Position numbers and translations under genes: made by a program. Below, in pieces: positions 1 to 8,680 of a stretch of 64,000 bases of DNA. Location: NCBI GenBank assembly GCA_039738415.1, contig JBCLLY010000006.1:1814-65813 (forward strand), given 5' to 3'. Origin of the DNA: Candidatus Levyibacteriota bacterium. GTDB taxonomy: Bacteria; Patescibacteriota; Microgenomatia; Levybacterales; GWA1-39-11. The notes beneath the pieces were generated by a model. The model saw only the letters and a list, made by a program, of their open reading frames with translations, was not told the DNA's origin and did no database searches. The first letter of the stretch is position 1. Every line of letters starts with the position of its first letter.

Positions 1-630
1 TCTATTACGGTAAAAGAGGCTCCAGTTACTACTTCGTATCTTTTAGTGCCACGGACTAACCAGGATGTTATAGATGCTCTTGCTACGCTTAGACCATTAT
101 TTAATAAACCTGCTGATAAAAGCCTCACTCTAACACTACAAATGGGTTCATCTAATGACAACTCAATGGGTGGACACATGATGGGTAATGACCAGATGAT
201 GGGAAATAGTCAGATGTCCATGGGAGATGTGCAAAAAATTGAGTGGGAAGACGATATGGAGATGATGAATGCTGCCTCAAATACCAAAACGCTCAAATGG
301 AAGCTTGTTGATCAAGATACAAACAAAGAGAATATGGATATTAACTGGCAGTTCAAAAAAGGTGACGTTATTAAGATCAAAATCTTTAATGATGATAAAT
401 CTATGCATCCCATGCAGCATCCGATTCACATACACGGGCAACGTTTCCTAGTGCTTTCAAAAAACGGTCAAAAGAGCTCAAATCTGGTTTGGAAGGACAC
501 AGCCTTGATTCAGACTGGCGACACAGTTGAATTTCTGGTTCAGATGGATAATCCTGGTAATTGGATGATTCACTGCCATATCCCAGAGCACATGGAAGCA
601 GGCATGATGAGCGAATTTAAAGTAATTTAA
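1..630 (+). CDS. multicopper oxidase, C-terminal cupredoxin domain (5' end outside window)
   Basis: Frame is open from base 1 with no stop upstream of the GTG at 46. Copper-ligand motifs HPIHIHG and HCHIPEHMEAGMM. TAA stop at 628-630. Confidence 0.8.
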   Translation, partial: SITVKEAPVTTSYLLVPRTNQDVIDALATLRPLFNKPADKSLTLTLQMGSSNDNSMGGHMMGNDQMMGNSQMSMGDVQKIEWEDDMEMMNAASNTKTLKWKLVDQDTNKENMDINWQFKKGDVIKIKIFNDDKSMHPMQHPIHIHGQRFLVLSKNGQKSSNLVWKDTALIQTGDTVEFLVQMDNPGNWMIHCHIPEHMEAGMMSEFKVI

Positions 631-831
631 ATGAAAACGGAAGCAATTTTGACTTGCCCCAAATGTGGTGAGGAACAGAAAGTAACAATACCGACTGACG
701 TATGACAACATTTTTACAAATGTCAAAAATGTGGTGAGATGTTGAAACCAAAAGATGATGATTGTTGTGTTTTCTGTTCCTACGCTGATATTAAATGTCC
801 GCCAAAACAAACTGAAGAACAAAATAAATAA
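631..831 (+). CDS. GDCCVxC-type small Cys-rich metal-binding protein, selenoprotein candidate (in-frame TGA at 703-705) or disrupted gene
   Basis: ATG at 631 directly abuts the oxidase stop. Translation MKTEAILTCPKCGEEQKVTIPTDV[TGA]QHFYKCQKCGEMLKPKDDDCCVFCSYADIKCPPKQTEEQNK. Contains CxxC, CxxC and a DDCCVFC...CPP motif. TAA at 829-831. Missed by the ORF track because of the TGA. Confidence 0.55.
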
Positions 832-910
832 TATGCAAAGAATATGGCTTCAAATCTTTTAATTCCCTATATCGTGTGGGTAGCTTTGCCAGTCTTTTAA
901 GCCTTGCGAT

Positions 911-930
911 AGTAATTTTAAATAGATAAG
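911..930. repeat. 20-nt direct repeat, copy 1 (AGTAATTTTAAATAGATAAG)
   Basis: Matches 1241-1260 at 19 of 20 positions. Copy 2 covers the last codons and stop of typA. Confidence 0.85.
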
Positions 931-931
931 A

Positions 932-1177
932 CTATTTCTTCTTAGTTATTTTATATTTTTGAAAGGCAAGTGTAAGCCAAAGCGATGCTACGATAAATGT
1001 TAAAACAGCACTTCCCCATAGTGATAATGTAGCAAAAGAGAATGCAAATGTATAAAGAGTAATTGACGTTAGAATACTTGTAGCAATAGCGGGTTTGTTT
1101 TTGCCAACGATGGATGGGATTAAAGCCACTATAAAGACTAAATTTCCCACAACGAAGACATAGTCTTGCCAAATCAT
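932..1177 (-). CDS. small hydrophobic membrane protein (about 3 TM segments), function unknown
   Basis: 81-aa ORF made almost entirely of hydrophobic helices, with a lysine-rich C-terminus. Lies inside a segment flanked by 20-nt direct repeats. Confidence 0.5.
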   Translation of the reverse strand: MIWQDYVFVVGNLVFIVALIPSIVGKNKPAIATSILTSITLYTFAFSFATLSLWGSAVLTFIVASLWLTLAFQKYKITKKK

Positions 1178-1240
1178 TCTTTAATAATAGTTTAACAGCG
1201 TACCAGACGCAACTATATAGTAAGTCTTTGAATGTACAGG

Positions 1241-1260
1241 AGTAATTCTAAATAGATAAG
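1241..1260. repeat. 20-nt direct repeat, copy 2 (AGTAATTCTAAATAGATAAG), overlapping the typA 3' end
   Basis: See copy 1. The two copies are 330 bp apart and bracket the 81-aa ORF. Confidence 0.85.
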
Positions 1261-3101
1261 GCTTGTCTTGTCTGAGAGCGGTCGCGGCGTGCTGCAGCTT
1301 CGTCAAGAATAATTTTTCTAATCCTTATATTTTTTGGAGTTACTTCAACTAGCTCATCATCCGCGATATATTCCAGCGCGTCTTCAAGTCCCATAATCTT
1401 TGGTGTTCTAAAATATTCAGTGACTCCATCTCCTTTAGAGCGCATATTTGTTAAATGCTTTGTTTTGCATACATTTATACCCAAATCATCACTTCTCGCA
1501 TTTTTCCCTACAACCTGACCTTTATATACAGGAGTTTGAGGTCCTATAAAAAGCAGTCCTCTGTCCTGAATATTTGCCAGTCCGTATTGGTTAGAAATAC
1601 CTGTCTCGTGTGCTACCAGCGACCCTTGTTCGCGCTCGTGAGTATATCCATTGTCCGGTGCGTATTCGTGAAAAAGAGTATTAATTATTCCCAAACCTTT
1701 TGTGTCGGTCACAAGTTCTCCGCGGTAACCAAATAATCCCTTTGAAGATACGATAAAATCCAGTGACGCAATTCCATTATCAGAGCGCATATCCCTCAGC
1801 TCACCCCTACGCTCTCCCATTTTCTGGATTACTGTTCCCAAATACTCTTCAGGTACTTCGATAAATACTTGCTCGTATGGTGTTAGTTTTTTACCATCGA
1901 TCATTTTGTCAATTACTTGTGGTCGTCCGACTTGAAATTCAAAACCCTCCCTGCGCATTCTTTCAATTAAAATTGCCAAGTGCAGTTCCCCACGTCCCGA
2001 TACTATCCACCCGCCTTGACTACCAATAGGCGAGGCAGGCCCACCGACAGAATTATTTTCAACGCGTAGTGCCATATCGGTCTCAGTCTCTTTGTAAAGT
2101 CTTTGTTCAATTTGACGTGAAGTCTTGAATTCTCCTTCATGTCCTGCAAAAGGTGAGTTATTTACCATAAATTGTGCGCGGATAGTTGGCTCTTCAATTT
2201 TAAGTAGGGGTAGTGCTATCGGATTATTAATATCTGCTAGCGTTTCTCCTATTACAGGTTCCGGTATTCCGGCAATAGCGACTATATCTCCAGCTTGAGC
2301 TTCTTTTACTTCTACTTTATCAAGACCCAAAAATGTCATAAGAGAGCTAATCTTTTCTTTTTTTACTTGCCCACTTCTGTTAATGTGAGCGATTTCCTGT
2401 CCAGAGGTAATTGTTCCGTTATATATCCGGCCTATTGCAATGCGTCCCTTGTGTTGGTCGTTGGCAAGAGTTGTTATAAGCATTTGAAGAGGCGCGTTAG
2501 GATCAACAACCGGTGCCGGAATTTCTTTAAGTATGGTTTCAAATACCGGCGTTATGTCAGTCATGTCCGCCAATGATTCAGTAAGTCCTGCTTTACCATT
2601 TTTTGCGCTAGCATAGATTATAGGAAAGTCGGCAGTAATATCATCTGCGCCTAATTCTAAAAAGAGATCTAGGGTTTTGTCCAATACATAGTGTACTCTG
2701 GCATCGGATTTGTCAATTTTATTTACAACTACAATTATTTTATGTCCCATCTCAAGCGCCTTTTTCAAAACAAATCTTGTTTGGGGCATAGGACCTTCTT
2801 TTGCGTCAACTAAAAGCAGACATCCGTCTGCCATCCCTAAAACTCTTTCGACTTCTCCTCCAAAATCAGCGTGACCCGGCGTATCGATAATGTTTATTTT
2901 AACGCCCCCCCACATGACAGATGCATTTTTAGAAAAGATAGTAATTCCGCGTTCGCGCTCCAATTCATTACTATCCATGATAAGAGTTTGCGCAGTATCC
3001 TTGTGCATCTGCGTTCTAGACTGAGTTAATAGAGCGTCGACCAGGGTTGTTTTACCATGGTCAACGTGTGCAATTATTGCTATGTTTCGAATGTCATTCA
3101 T
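1248..3101 (-). CDS. typA: translational GTPase TypA/BipA
   Basis: N-terminus [22 protein letters not shown] with [14 protein letters not shown] and NKID G-motifs. Length 617 aa. SD AAGGAGGA lies upstream of the ATG. Confidence 0.9.
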   Translation of the reverse strand: MNDIRNIAIIAHVDHGKTTLVDALLTQSRTQMHKDTAQTLIMDSNELERERGITIFSKNASVMWGGVKINIIDTPGHADFGGEVERVLGMADGCLLLVDAKEGPMPQTRFVLKKALEMGHKIIVVVNKIDKSDARVHYVLDKTLDLFLELGADDITADFPIIYASAKNGKAGLTESLADMTDITPVFETILKEIPAPVVDPNAPLQMLITTLANDQHKGRIAIGRIYNGTITSGQEIAHINRSGQVKKEKISSLMTFLGLDKVEVKEAQAGDIVAIAGIPEPVIGETLADINNPIALPLLKIEEPTIRAQFMVNNSPFAGHEGEFKTSRQIEQRLYKETETDMALRVENNSVGGPASPIGSQGGWIVSGRGELHLAILIERMRREGFEFQVGRPQVIDKMIDGKKLTPYEQVFIEVPEEYLGTVIQKMGERRGELRDMRSDNGIASLDFIVSSKGLFGYRGELVTDTKGLGIINTLFHEYAPDNGYTHEREQGSLVAHETGISNQYGLANIQDRGLLFIGPQTPVYKGQVVGKNARSDDLGINVCKTKHLTNMRSKGDGVTEYFRTPKIMGLEDALEYIADDELVEVTPKNIRIRKIILDEAAARRDRSQTRQALSI

Positions 3102-3140
3102 ATTTGAAATATCCTCCTTAGCTTACTTTTCGCCTTTTCA

Positions 3141-3156
3141 TCCGCCAGCTGGCGGA
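3141..3156. repeat. 16-nt perfect GC-rich palindrome TCCGCCAGCTGGCGGA in the typA leader
   Basis: Self-complementary. 15 nt (TCCGCCAGCTGGCGG) recur inside gatB at 30843-30857. Confidence 0.9.
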
Positions 3157-3219
3157 ACGGCTTAAAGAGCGCAATCGGAGGATTGTGTACTATTTACAAA
3201 AAATACTTGTACACAAAAA

Positions 3220-3238
3220 AACCGCCTCTTTTGCGGTT
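3220..3238 (-). terminator. terminator-like hairpin (AACCGC/GCGGTT) followed by T7 on the minus strand, upstream of typA
   Basis: The minus strand reads AACCGC-aaaagag-GCGGTT-TTTTTTT. No minus-strand gene lies upstream of it, so it is a possible attenuator or the end of a small RNA. Confidence 0.4.
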
Positions 3239-3298
3239 GCCTATATTATAACAGAAATACTATAAGAATAAAAAATTAAAAGTGTACCAATTTAGCGT

Positions 3299-3327
3299 TT
3301 GAACTAATAGCCTCATTTAACTATAAT
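3299..3327 (+). promoter_or_regulatory. sigma70-type promoter of ileS (TTGAAC-N17-TATAAT), implying a leaderless mRNA
   Basis: -35 TTGAAC at 3299-3304, 17-nt spacer, -10 TATAAT at 3322-3327. The ATG at 3334 is only 6 nt after the -10 and has no SD. Confidence 0.6.
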
Positions 3328-3333
3328 AACAGT

Positions 3334-6180
3334 ATGTTTAAATCTGTTGAGCCACAAGTATCCTTTCCTCAGGTTGAAGAAGGGATTATTAAGTTCTGGA
3401 AAGAAAATAAAATCTTTGAAAAATCAGTGGATAAAGACTACGGAGGGCGAAAGTGGACATTTCTTGACGGTCCTCCGTTTGTGACGGGAATGCCTCACTA
3501 TGGCTCTCTTCTATCTTCTTTACCTAAAGATGTATTTGGCCGCTACTTTACTATGAAAGGATACAAAGTCCGTCGTGTATGGGGTTGGGATGGTCACGGT
3601 TTGCCGATAGAAAATAAAGTAGAGGGAATTTTGAATATAAAGCGCAAACGTGACATCGAAGATGTTGTAGGAGTTGCTAAATTTATTGAGGAGTGTAGAA
3701 GGTATGTAGAGGATGTATCAGGGGAGTGGGAATGGTACATAGATCACATAGGACGTTGGGTAGATTTTAAAAATGCATATAAGACTTGGGATACAGATTA
3801 TATGGAATCTGTTATGTGGGTATTTAAAAATCTATACGAAAAAGGTCATATTTATAAGGGACTTCGCGTTTCGCTTTATTGTCCGCATTGTTCAACTCCA
3901 ATTTCTAACTTTGAAGTTGCTATGGATAGTGATAACTACAAAGATGTTGTAGATATGGGAACGACTTATAAATACAAGTTGGAAGGTGAGAAAGACACTT
4001 ATATCCTTGCTTGGTCGACTACTCCATGGAATAAAATTGTAACTTCTGCTTTGGCGGTAAATCCAGATTTAATTTATGTAAAAGTTAAGCCCCACTCCGC
4101 TGAAGCTTTGAGGGACAAGCAGAATGAAGAATTTTATATCCTTGCAAAATCTACAACTAAGGTACTGGGGGATGAAAATTCATTTGAAATAATCGAGGAA
4201 TTTAAAGGTAGCGAGTTGGTTGGAAAAAAATACGAATCGCATTACGATTACTATAAGGATAAAGTAAAAGAAGGGGAGAGGGTATTTGAGATAGCAGGAG
4301 GGGATTTTGTAGCAGCTGAGGAAGGAACGGGAGTAGTTACAATAGCTGCTTACGGGGAGGAAGATTTGAAGCTTATGAAGGAAGAAAACATCCACATAGA
4401 GCTTCACGTTGATGAGGAGGGCATAATATTACCTGAAGTTCCTAAGTTTGGAGGAATGTATTATCTCAAAGCAAGCAAGGCAGTAAATGAGGATTTAGCC
4501 TCTCGAGGGCTAATATATAAGGACGAAGAATTGGTTCATAGTGTTCCTTTGTGCTGGAGATGTCATACCAGACTTTATTATGCACCTCTTGACGCCTGGT
4601 TTGTAGATGTACAAAGTCTTAAAAATAGGCTTAAGAAAACCAATGAAGAAGTTAACTGGTTCCCCAAACATTTTAAAACAGGGAGATTTTTAAAAAGCCT
4701 CGAAAATGCTCCGGACTGGAATATTTCAAGAAACAGGTATTGGGGTTCTCCTGTTCCTGTCTGGGAATGTGCATGCGGGAATAAAATCGTGACTGGTTCC
4801 ATAGCGGAAATAGAGGAACTTTCGGGTGTTCGAGTAACAGATTTGCACAAACCTGAAATAGACCATATTCAAATAATGTGCAAAAAATGTGGACAGATGG
4901 CAAAAAGAGTACCAGAAGTACTCGATAGCTGGATAGAATCAGGAAGCGCTTCATTTGCTGAGAGGCATTATCCCTTTAGCGATGACAGGTTAGAAGATTT
5001 TTACCCCCCGGATTTCATCGCTGAATATACAGGACAGATTAGAGCATGGTTTTATGTGCTTCACGTAATAGGCGGAGGTTTGTTTGACTCTAAAGCATTC
5101 AAAAACGTACTAGTTGAGGGTGTAATTTTGGGTACTGATGGGCGCAAGATGAGCAAAAATTATGGAAATTACCCCGATCCTAAAGAGATGTTAGAAAAAT
5201 ACGGAGGAGATGCTTTAAGGCTGTATCTATTGGGAAGTAACGTGATGCACGGTGAGGATATAAAAATTTCTGAGGAAGATTATCGCGACCAGGTCAAAGG
5301 AAGTATGCTTATTTTATGGAATGTTTATAACTTTTTCATATCAAATGCAATTCTTCAGAAGTGGGAATACTCCAATTCAAGTACAAATTCTGAAAATATT
5401 TTGGACAAATGGATACTCAGTAAATCAGAGGGATTAAGAAATGATGTAACTAAAGCGCTGGACGGGTATGACACTGTTGTTGCGATAAGCGCACTAAAGG
5501 CATTTATTACCGACTTTTCGACATGGTACATACGGCGTAGTAGGGAGAGGCTTTATGGGGAGGAAAAAGAGGATATAGACGCGTTTTTTGCGACTACAAG
5601 CCATATTCTTATTAAATTATCGAAGTTAATTGCACCAATTGCCCCCTTTGTCTCTGAGGAAATATATAAAAATATAACCGGTGAGGAATCGGTTCATCTA
5701 TCTTTATGGCCGGAAGAGGACAATGGTTTGTTAAATTTAGATCTTGAAAACGAAATGGAGATTGCCCGTCAGATTGTTGAGTTAGTACATTTTGAGAGAA
5801 AAAAAGCTCAAATTAAAGTAAGACAACCACTTGAAAAAATAACAGTAGTATTAGAATCGGAGCTGTCTGAACCAATAAAAGAAGTTATAAAACTAGAGGT
5901 AAATGTTAAAAATATCGAAGTTGTAAAAGGTGAAAAGCTGAGAGTTGTGCTTTATACCGAAATTACTGAGGATTTAAGGCAAGAGGGGGAGGCAAGGGAG
6001 ATAATTAGAAAAATACAACAGGAGAGAAAAAAACTTGGAACAAAAAGAGACGAATTGGTTAATGTTTATTTAAATTCATGGCCTGAAAGCTTTGTGGAAG
6101 AAATAAAAAGACGAGCTTTGGTTTCTGAAATGAAAAAGTCGGTGAATTTTGAGTTAAAACGCGTTAATGAAGACAAATAG
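3334..6180 (+). CDS. ileS: isoleucine--tRNA ligase (type 2-like)
   Basis: PPFVTGMPHYGS (HIGH-like), WNISRNRYWGSPVPVW and KMSKN motifs. Length 948 aa. Confidence 0.9.
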   Translation: MFKSVEPQVSFPQVEEGIIKFWKENKIFEKSVDKDYGGRKWTFLDGPPFVTGMPHYGSLLSSLPKDVFGRYFTMKGYKVRRVWGWDGHGLPIENKVEGILNIKRKRDIEDVVGVAKFIEECRRYVEDVSGEWEWYIDHIGRWVDFKNAYKTWDTDYMESVMWVFKNLYEKGHIYKGLRVSLYCPHCSTPISNFEVAMDSDNYKDVVDMGTTYKYKLEGEKDTYILAWSTTPWNKIVTSALAVNPDLIYVKVKPHSAEALRDKQNEEFYILAKSTTKVLGDENSFEIIEEFKGSELVGKKYESHYDYYKDKVKEGERVFEIAGGDFVAAEEGTGVVTIAAYGEEDLKLMKEENIHIELHVDEEGIILPEVPKFGGMYYLKASKAVNEDLASRGLIYKDEELVHSVPLCWRCHTRLYYAPLDAWFVDVQSLKNRLKKTNEEVNWFPKHFKTGRFLKSLENAPDWNISRNRYWGSPVPVWECACGNKIVTGSIAEIEELSGVRVTDLHKPEIDHIQIMCKKCGQMAKRVPEVLDSWIESGSASFAERHYPFSDDRLEDFYPPDFIAEYTGQIRAWFYVLHVIGGGLFDSKAFKNVLVEGVILGTDGRKMSKNYGNYPDPKEMLEKYGGDALRLYLLGSNVMHGEDIKISEEDYRDQVKGSMLILWNVYNFFISNAILQKWEYSNSSTNSENILDKWILSKSEGLRNDVTKALDGYDTVVAISALKAFITDFSTWYIRRSRERLYGEEKEDIDAFFATTSHILIKLSKLIAPIAPFVSEEIYKNITGEESVHLSLWPEEDNGLLNLDLENEMEIARQIVELVHFERKKAQIKVRQPLEKITVVLESELSEPIKEVIKLEVNVKNIEVVKGEKLRVVLYTEITEDLRQEGEAREIIRKIQQERKKLGTKRDELVNVYLNSWPESFVEEIKRRALVSEMKKSVNFELKRVNEDK

Positions 6181-7264
6181 GGGGGAAGTACAAAATATTT
6201 TAAGGCGAATTGACTTGTATTTGTTACTTCCTGCTCTGTTTTTGGTTCTCATAAGCCTTTCTTCACTTTTTTCAATAAATATAGTATTTTTTAGACAGCA
6301 ACTAGTTTCCTTTGCTTTAGGACTCCTTTTTTTCATATTTTTCCTGAATATTGATCTTTATATGCTAAAAAGCTTATCGAAATTAATTTATATTTTAATT
6401 ATCGTAGTGTTTGTTTTACTGATTTTGCTTGGAGTAGAAGTTAGCGGTGAGAGGAATTGGTTTGATTTGTTTGGCTTAAGAATTCAGGTTGCAGAAATTG
6501 CAAAGCCTTTTTTTCTCATAGTTCTCGCTTCTTACTTATTCACCGAAGTAAAACAAAAAATGGTTAAGTTTTTTGGGGCAGTTCTGCTAATCCTACCTAT
6601 AATTTTTTTGATTACCCGATCTGATTTTGGGACCGGGATTATTTATGCAATGTCGTCCTTTATGGTATTTACGCTTGCAAAATTTCAAAAGAGATATATT
6701 TTAGGTTCAATTCTTGTCTTTGTTGCAACCTTTCCTATAGCTTTTAATTTTCTTGCAGAGTATCAAAAACAGAGAATAACGACCTTTTTAGACGTAACAA
6801 GCGACCCTACCGGAGCGTCATATAATGCTATCCAGTCGCTGATATCAATTGGGAGCGGAGGGGTCACTGGAAAAGGTTTTGGTCAAGGAACCCAGTCTCT
6901 ACTTAGGTTTCTTCCGGAACAGCATACAGACTTTATATTTGCAACAATCTCCGAAGATCTTGGTTTCGTAGGCTCATTTGTAGTTTTAATCTTATTCGTA
7001 GCGCTTCTTTATAGAATCTACAAAGTAGCTCAATGGTCTGGTAGTCAATACGAGTATCTTATATGTATGGGAGTCTTTGGCATATTCTTCTTTCAAATAT
7101 TATTCAATATCGGAATGAATTTAGGACTAATGCCTATAATTGGGATTACTTTACCTTTTGTTTCTTATGGAGGTAACTCTTTGGTAGCAAGTTTTATAAG
7201 CCTTTCATTGGTATCAATTATTTCTACAAATAACAAAAAGCAACAATCTATGGAAATAAGTTAA
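6167..7264 (+). CDS. FtsW/RodA/SpoVE family peptidoglycan polymerase
   Basis: Polytopic membrane protein with family-typical PEQHTDFIFATISEDLGFVG and a LPFVSYGGNS C-terminal motif. Confidence 0.85.
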   Translation: MKTNRGEVQNILRRIDLYLLLPALFLVLISLSSLFSINIVFFRQQLVSFALGLLFFIFFLNIDLYMLKSLSKLIYILIIVVFVLLILLGVEVSGERNWFDLFGLRIQVAEIAKPFFLIVLASYLFTEVKQKMVKFFGAVLLILPIIFLITRSDFGTGIIYAMSSFMVFTLAKFQKRYILGSILVFVATFPIAFNFLAEYQKQRITTFLDVTSDPTGASYNAIQSLISIGSGGVTGKGFGQGTQSLLRFLPEQHTDFIFATISEDLGFVGSFVVLILFVALLYRIYKVAQWSGSQYEYLICMGVFGIFFFQILFNIGMNLGLMPIIGITLPFVSYGGNSLVASFISLSLVSIISTNNKKQQSMEIS

Positions 7265-7287
7265 TTTTTTTGCTACAATATGTCACT

Positions 7288-7623
7288 ATGAACTACGCAG
7301 TCATTAAATCAGGCGGAAAACAATACGTTGTACGCCCGAATGAAAGCTTTATAACCGATAAGATAGAAGGAAATTCAGGAGACAAGGTTGCATTTGATGA
7401 AGTACTTTTAGTTGTTGATGGAGAAAATGCAACAGTTGGAACCCCTTTTGTGTCTGGTGTAAAAGTTGCGGGAAGAATTGTAGAACAGAAATTAGGAGAT
7501 AAAGTAAGAGTTGCAAAATATAAGGCAAAATCAAGATATCGAAAAGTTAGAGGATTTAGAGCAAAATTAACAGAAATTATGATAGAATCCATAAAAGAGG
7601 AAAAAAGCAAAGGAGACAAATAA
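7288..7623 (+). CDS. rplU: 50S ribosomal protein L21
   Basis: MNYAVIKSGGKQYVV start. The ATG at 7288 is preferred over the upstream TTG at 7270. Confidence 0.9.
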   Translation: MNYAVIKSGGKQYVVRPNESFITDKIEGNSGDKVAFDEVLLVVDGENATVGTPFVSGVKVAGRIVEQKLGDKVRVAKYKAKSRYRKVRGFRAKLTEIMIESIKEEKSKGDK

Positions 7624-7869
7624 ATGGCACATACAAAAACACAAGGAGCGGTTAAGGGAAACCGCGATTCGATATCGAAAAGACTTGGTGTTAAGATCTA
7701 TGGAGGCTCAAAAGTTAATGTAGGTAATATTATTATTAGGCAGAAAGGTAGTCATTTTGCAGCAGGAAATGGTGCTGCTTTAGGAAATGACTACACGCTT
7801 TTTGCTTTAAAAAGCGGAATAGTAAATTTTTTTAAAAAACGTGGAAAAAAAATTGTGGAGGTAGTATAA
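7624..7869 (+). CDS. rpmA: 50S ribosomal protein L27
   Basis: MAHTKTQGAVKGNRDSISKRLGVK. Immediately follows rplU. Confidence 0.9.
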   Translation: MAHTKTQGAVKGNRDSISKRLGVKIYGGSKVNVGNIIIRQKGSHFAAGNGAALGNDYTLFALKSGIVNFFKKRGKKIVEVV

Positions 7870-7870
7870 A

Positions 7871-8680
7871 ATGGCAGAGACAAGAGTTATAGATTTGGAG
7901 CTAATGATGCTTCAGCCAAATCCCCTTCAGCCCAGGGGACTTATTTCTCCCGAGTCTTTAACGGATTTAGTTAATTCCATCCGTGAACAAGGCATACTTG
8001 AACCTATTGTTGTAGCAGATACTCCAGCTGGATATCAAATTATTGCCGGGGAGAGACGATGGAGGGCGGCAAGAATTTTAGGACTTGAGTTTATTCCCGT
8101 TATTATAAAACAAACATCTCCTCAACAGATGCTTGAAATGTCTATCGTAGAAAACGTTCAGAGAGAGGACTTGAATCCACTTGAACGTGCGCAAGCATAT
8201 AAAAGACTAATTGACGAATTTAATCTTTCCGTAACAGAGGTTGCAAAAAGAGTTGGTAAGAGTCTTCCTTATATTTCAAATAGTGTTCGTCTTCTTACAT
8301 TGCCTGATGCTATAAAAGACGCACTTGCTGCCGGAGTCATTTCAGAGGGGCATGTAAGGCCACTTATTTCTATTGGTGATCCTAAATTAATGCTTCAGGC
8401 GTTTAGAAAAATTTTAGTGGAGGGAATAAGTGTTAGAGGGGCTGAGGATGTTGCTAGGCAAGTTAAAGCAGAAGTACAGAAAAAAGAGCCTCAAAAAAGA
8501 GCTGATAGGATATATATTCCAGAGCAGGAGGAAATGGCAAAAAGTCTTTCGCAAAGACACGGTTGGAATGTAAAATTTGACCAATCCAGAATAAACGGGA
8601 AAATTACCATAGTTATTAAGGGAGATCAGGAAAAAACAACTGAGGAATTAAAGAGAATTTACGATAAGCTGCTTGGCTAA
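7871..8680 (+). CDS. parB: ParB/Spo0J family partition protein
   Basis: ParB-box motifs PNPLQPR, EPIVV and IIAGERRWRAA. No adjacent parA. Confidence 0.85.
   Translation: MAETRVIDLELMMLQPNPLQPRGLISPESLTDLVNSIREQGILEPIVVADTPAGYQIIAGERRWRAARILGLEFIPVIIKQTSPQQMLEMSIVENVQREDLNPLERAQAYKRLIDEFNLSVTEVAKRVGKSLPYISNSVRLLTLPDAIKDALAAGVISEGHVRPLISIGDPKLMLQAFRKILVEGISVRGAEDVARQVKAEVQKKEPQKRADRIYIPEQEEMAKSLSQRHGWNVKFDQSRINGKITIVIKGDQEKTTEELKRIYDKLLG

Noticed and set aside
478-822. Antisense or overlapping ORFs from the six-frame track. Examples: 478-822, 951-1172, 1455-1736, 2295-2576, 4180-4954, 7293-7619, 18936-19334, 21329-22013, 23204-23742, 26540-27673, 30615-30914, 37124-38267, 38905-39346, 39618-39925, 40101-41073, 47348-48592, 50143-50463, 58239-58651, 59325-59561 and 62900-63871.
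   Set aside because: Each lies inside and opposite to, or out of frame with, a strongly supported conserved gene (or tRNA or repeat). They show the low-complexity composition typical of shadow ORFs in AT-rich DNA.
631-831. The in-frame TGA might mean the organism uses genetic code 25 (UGA = Gly, as in Gracilibacteria/Absconditabacteria).
   Set aside because: atpB (stop at 25656-25658) and gatB (stop at 29771-29773) terminate at TGA at their expected C-termini. All other long ORFs are intact under code 11.
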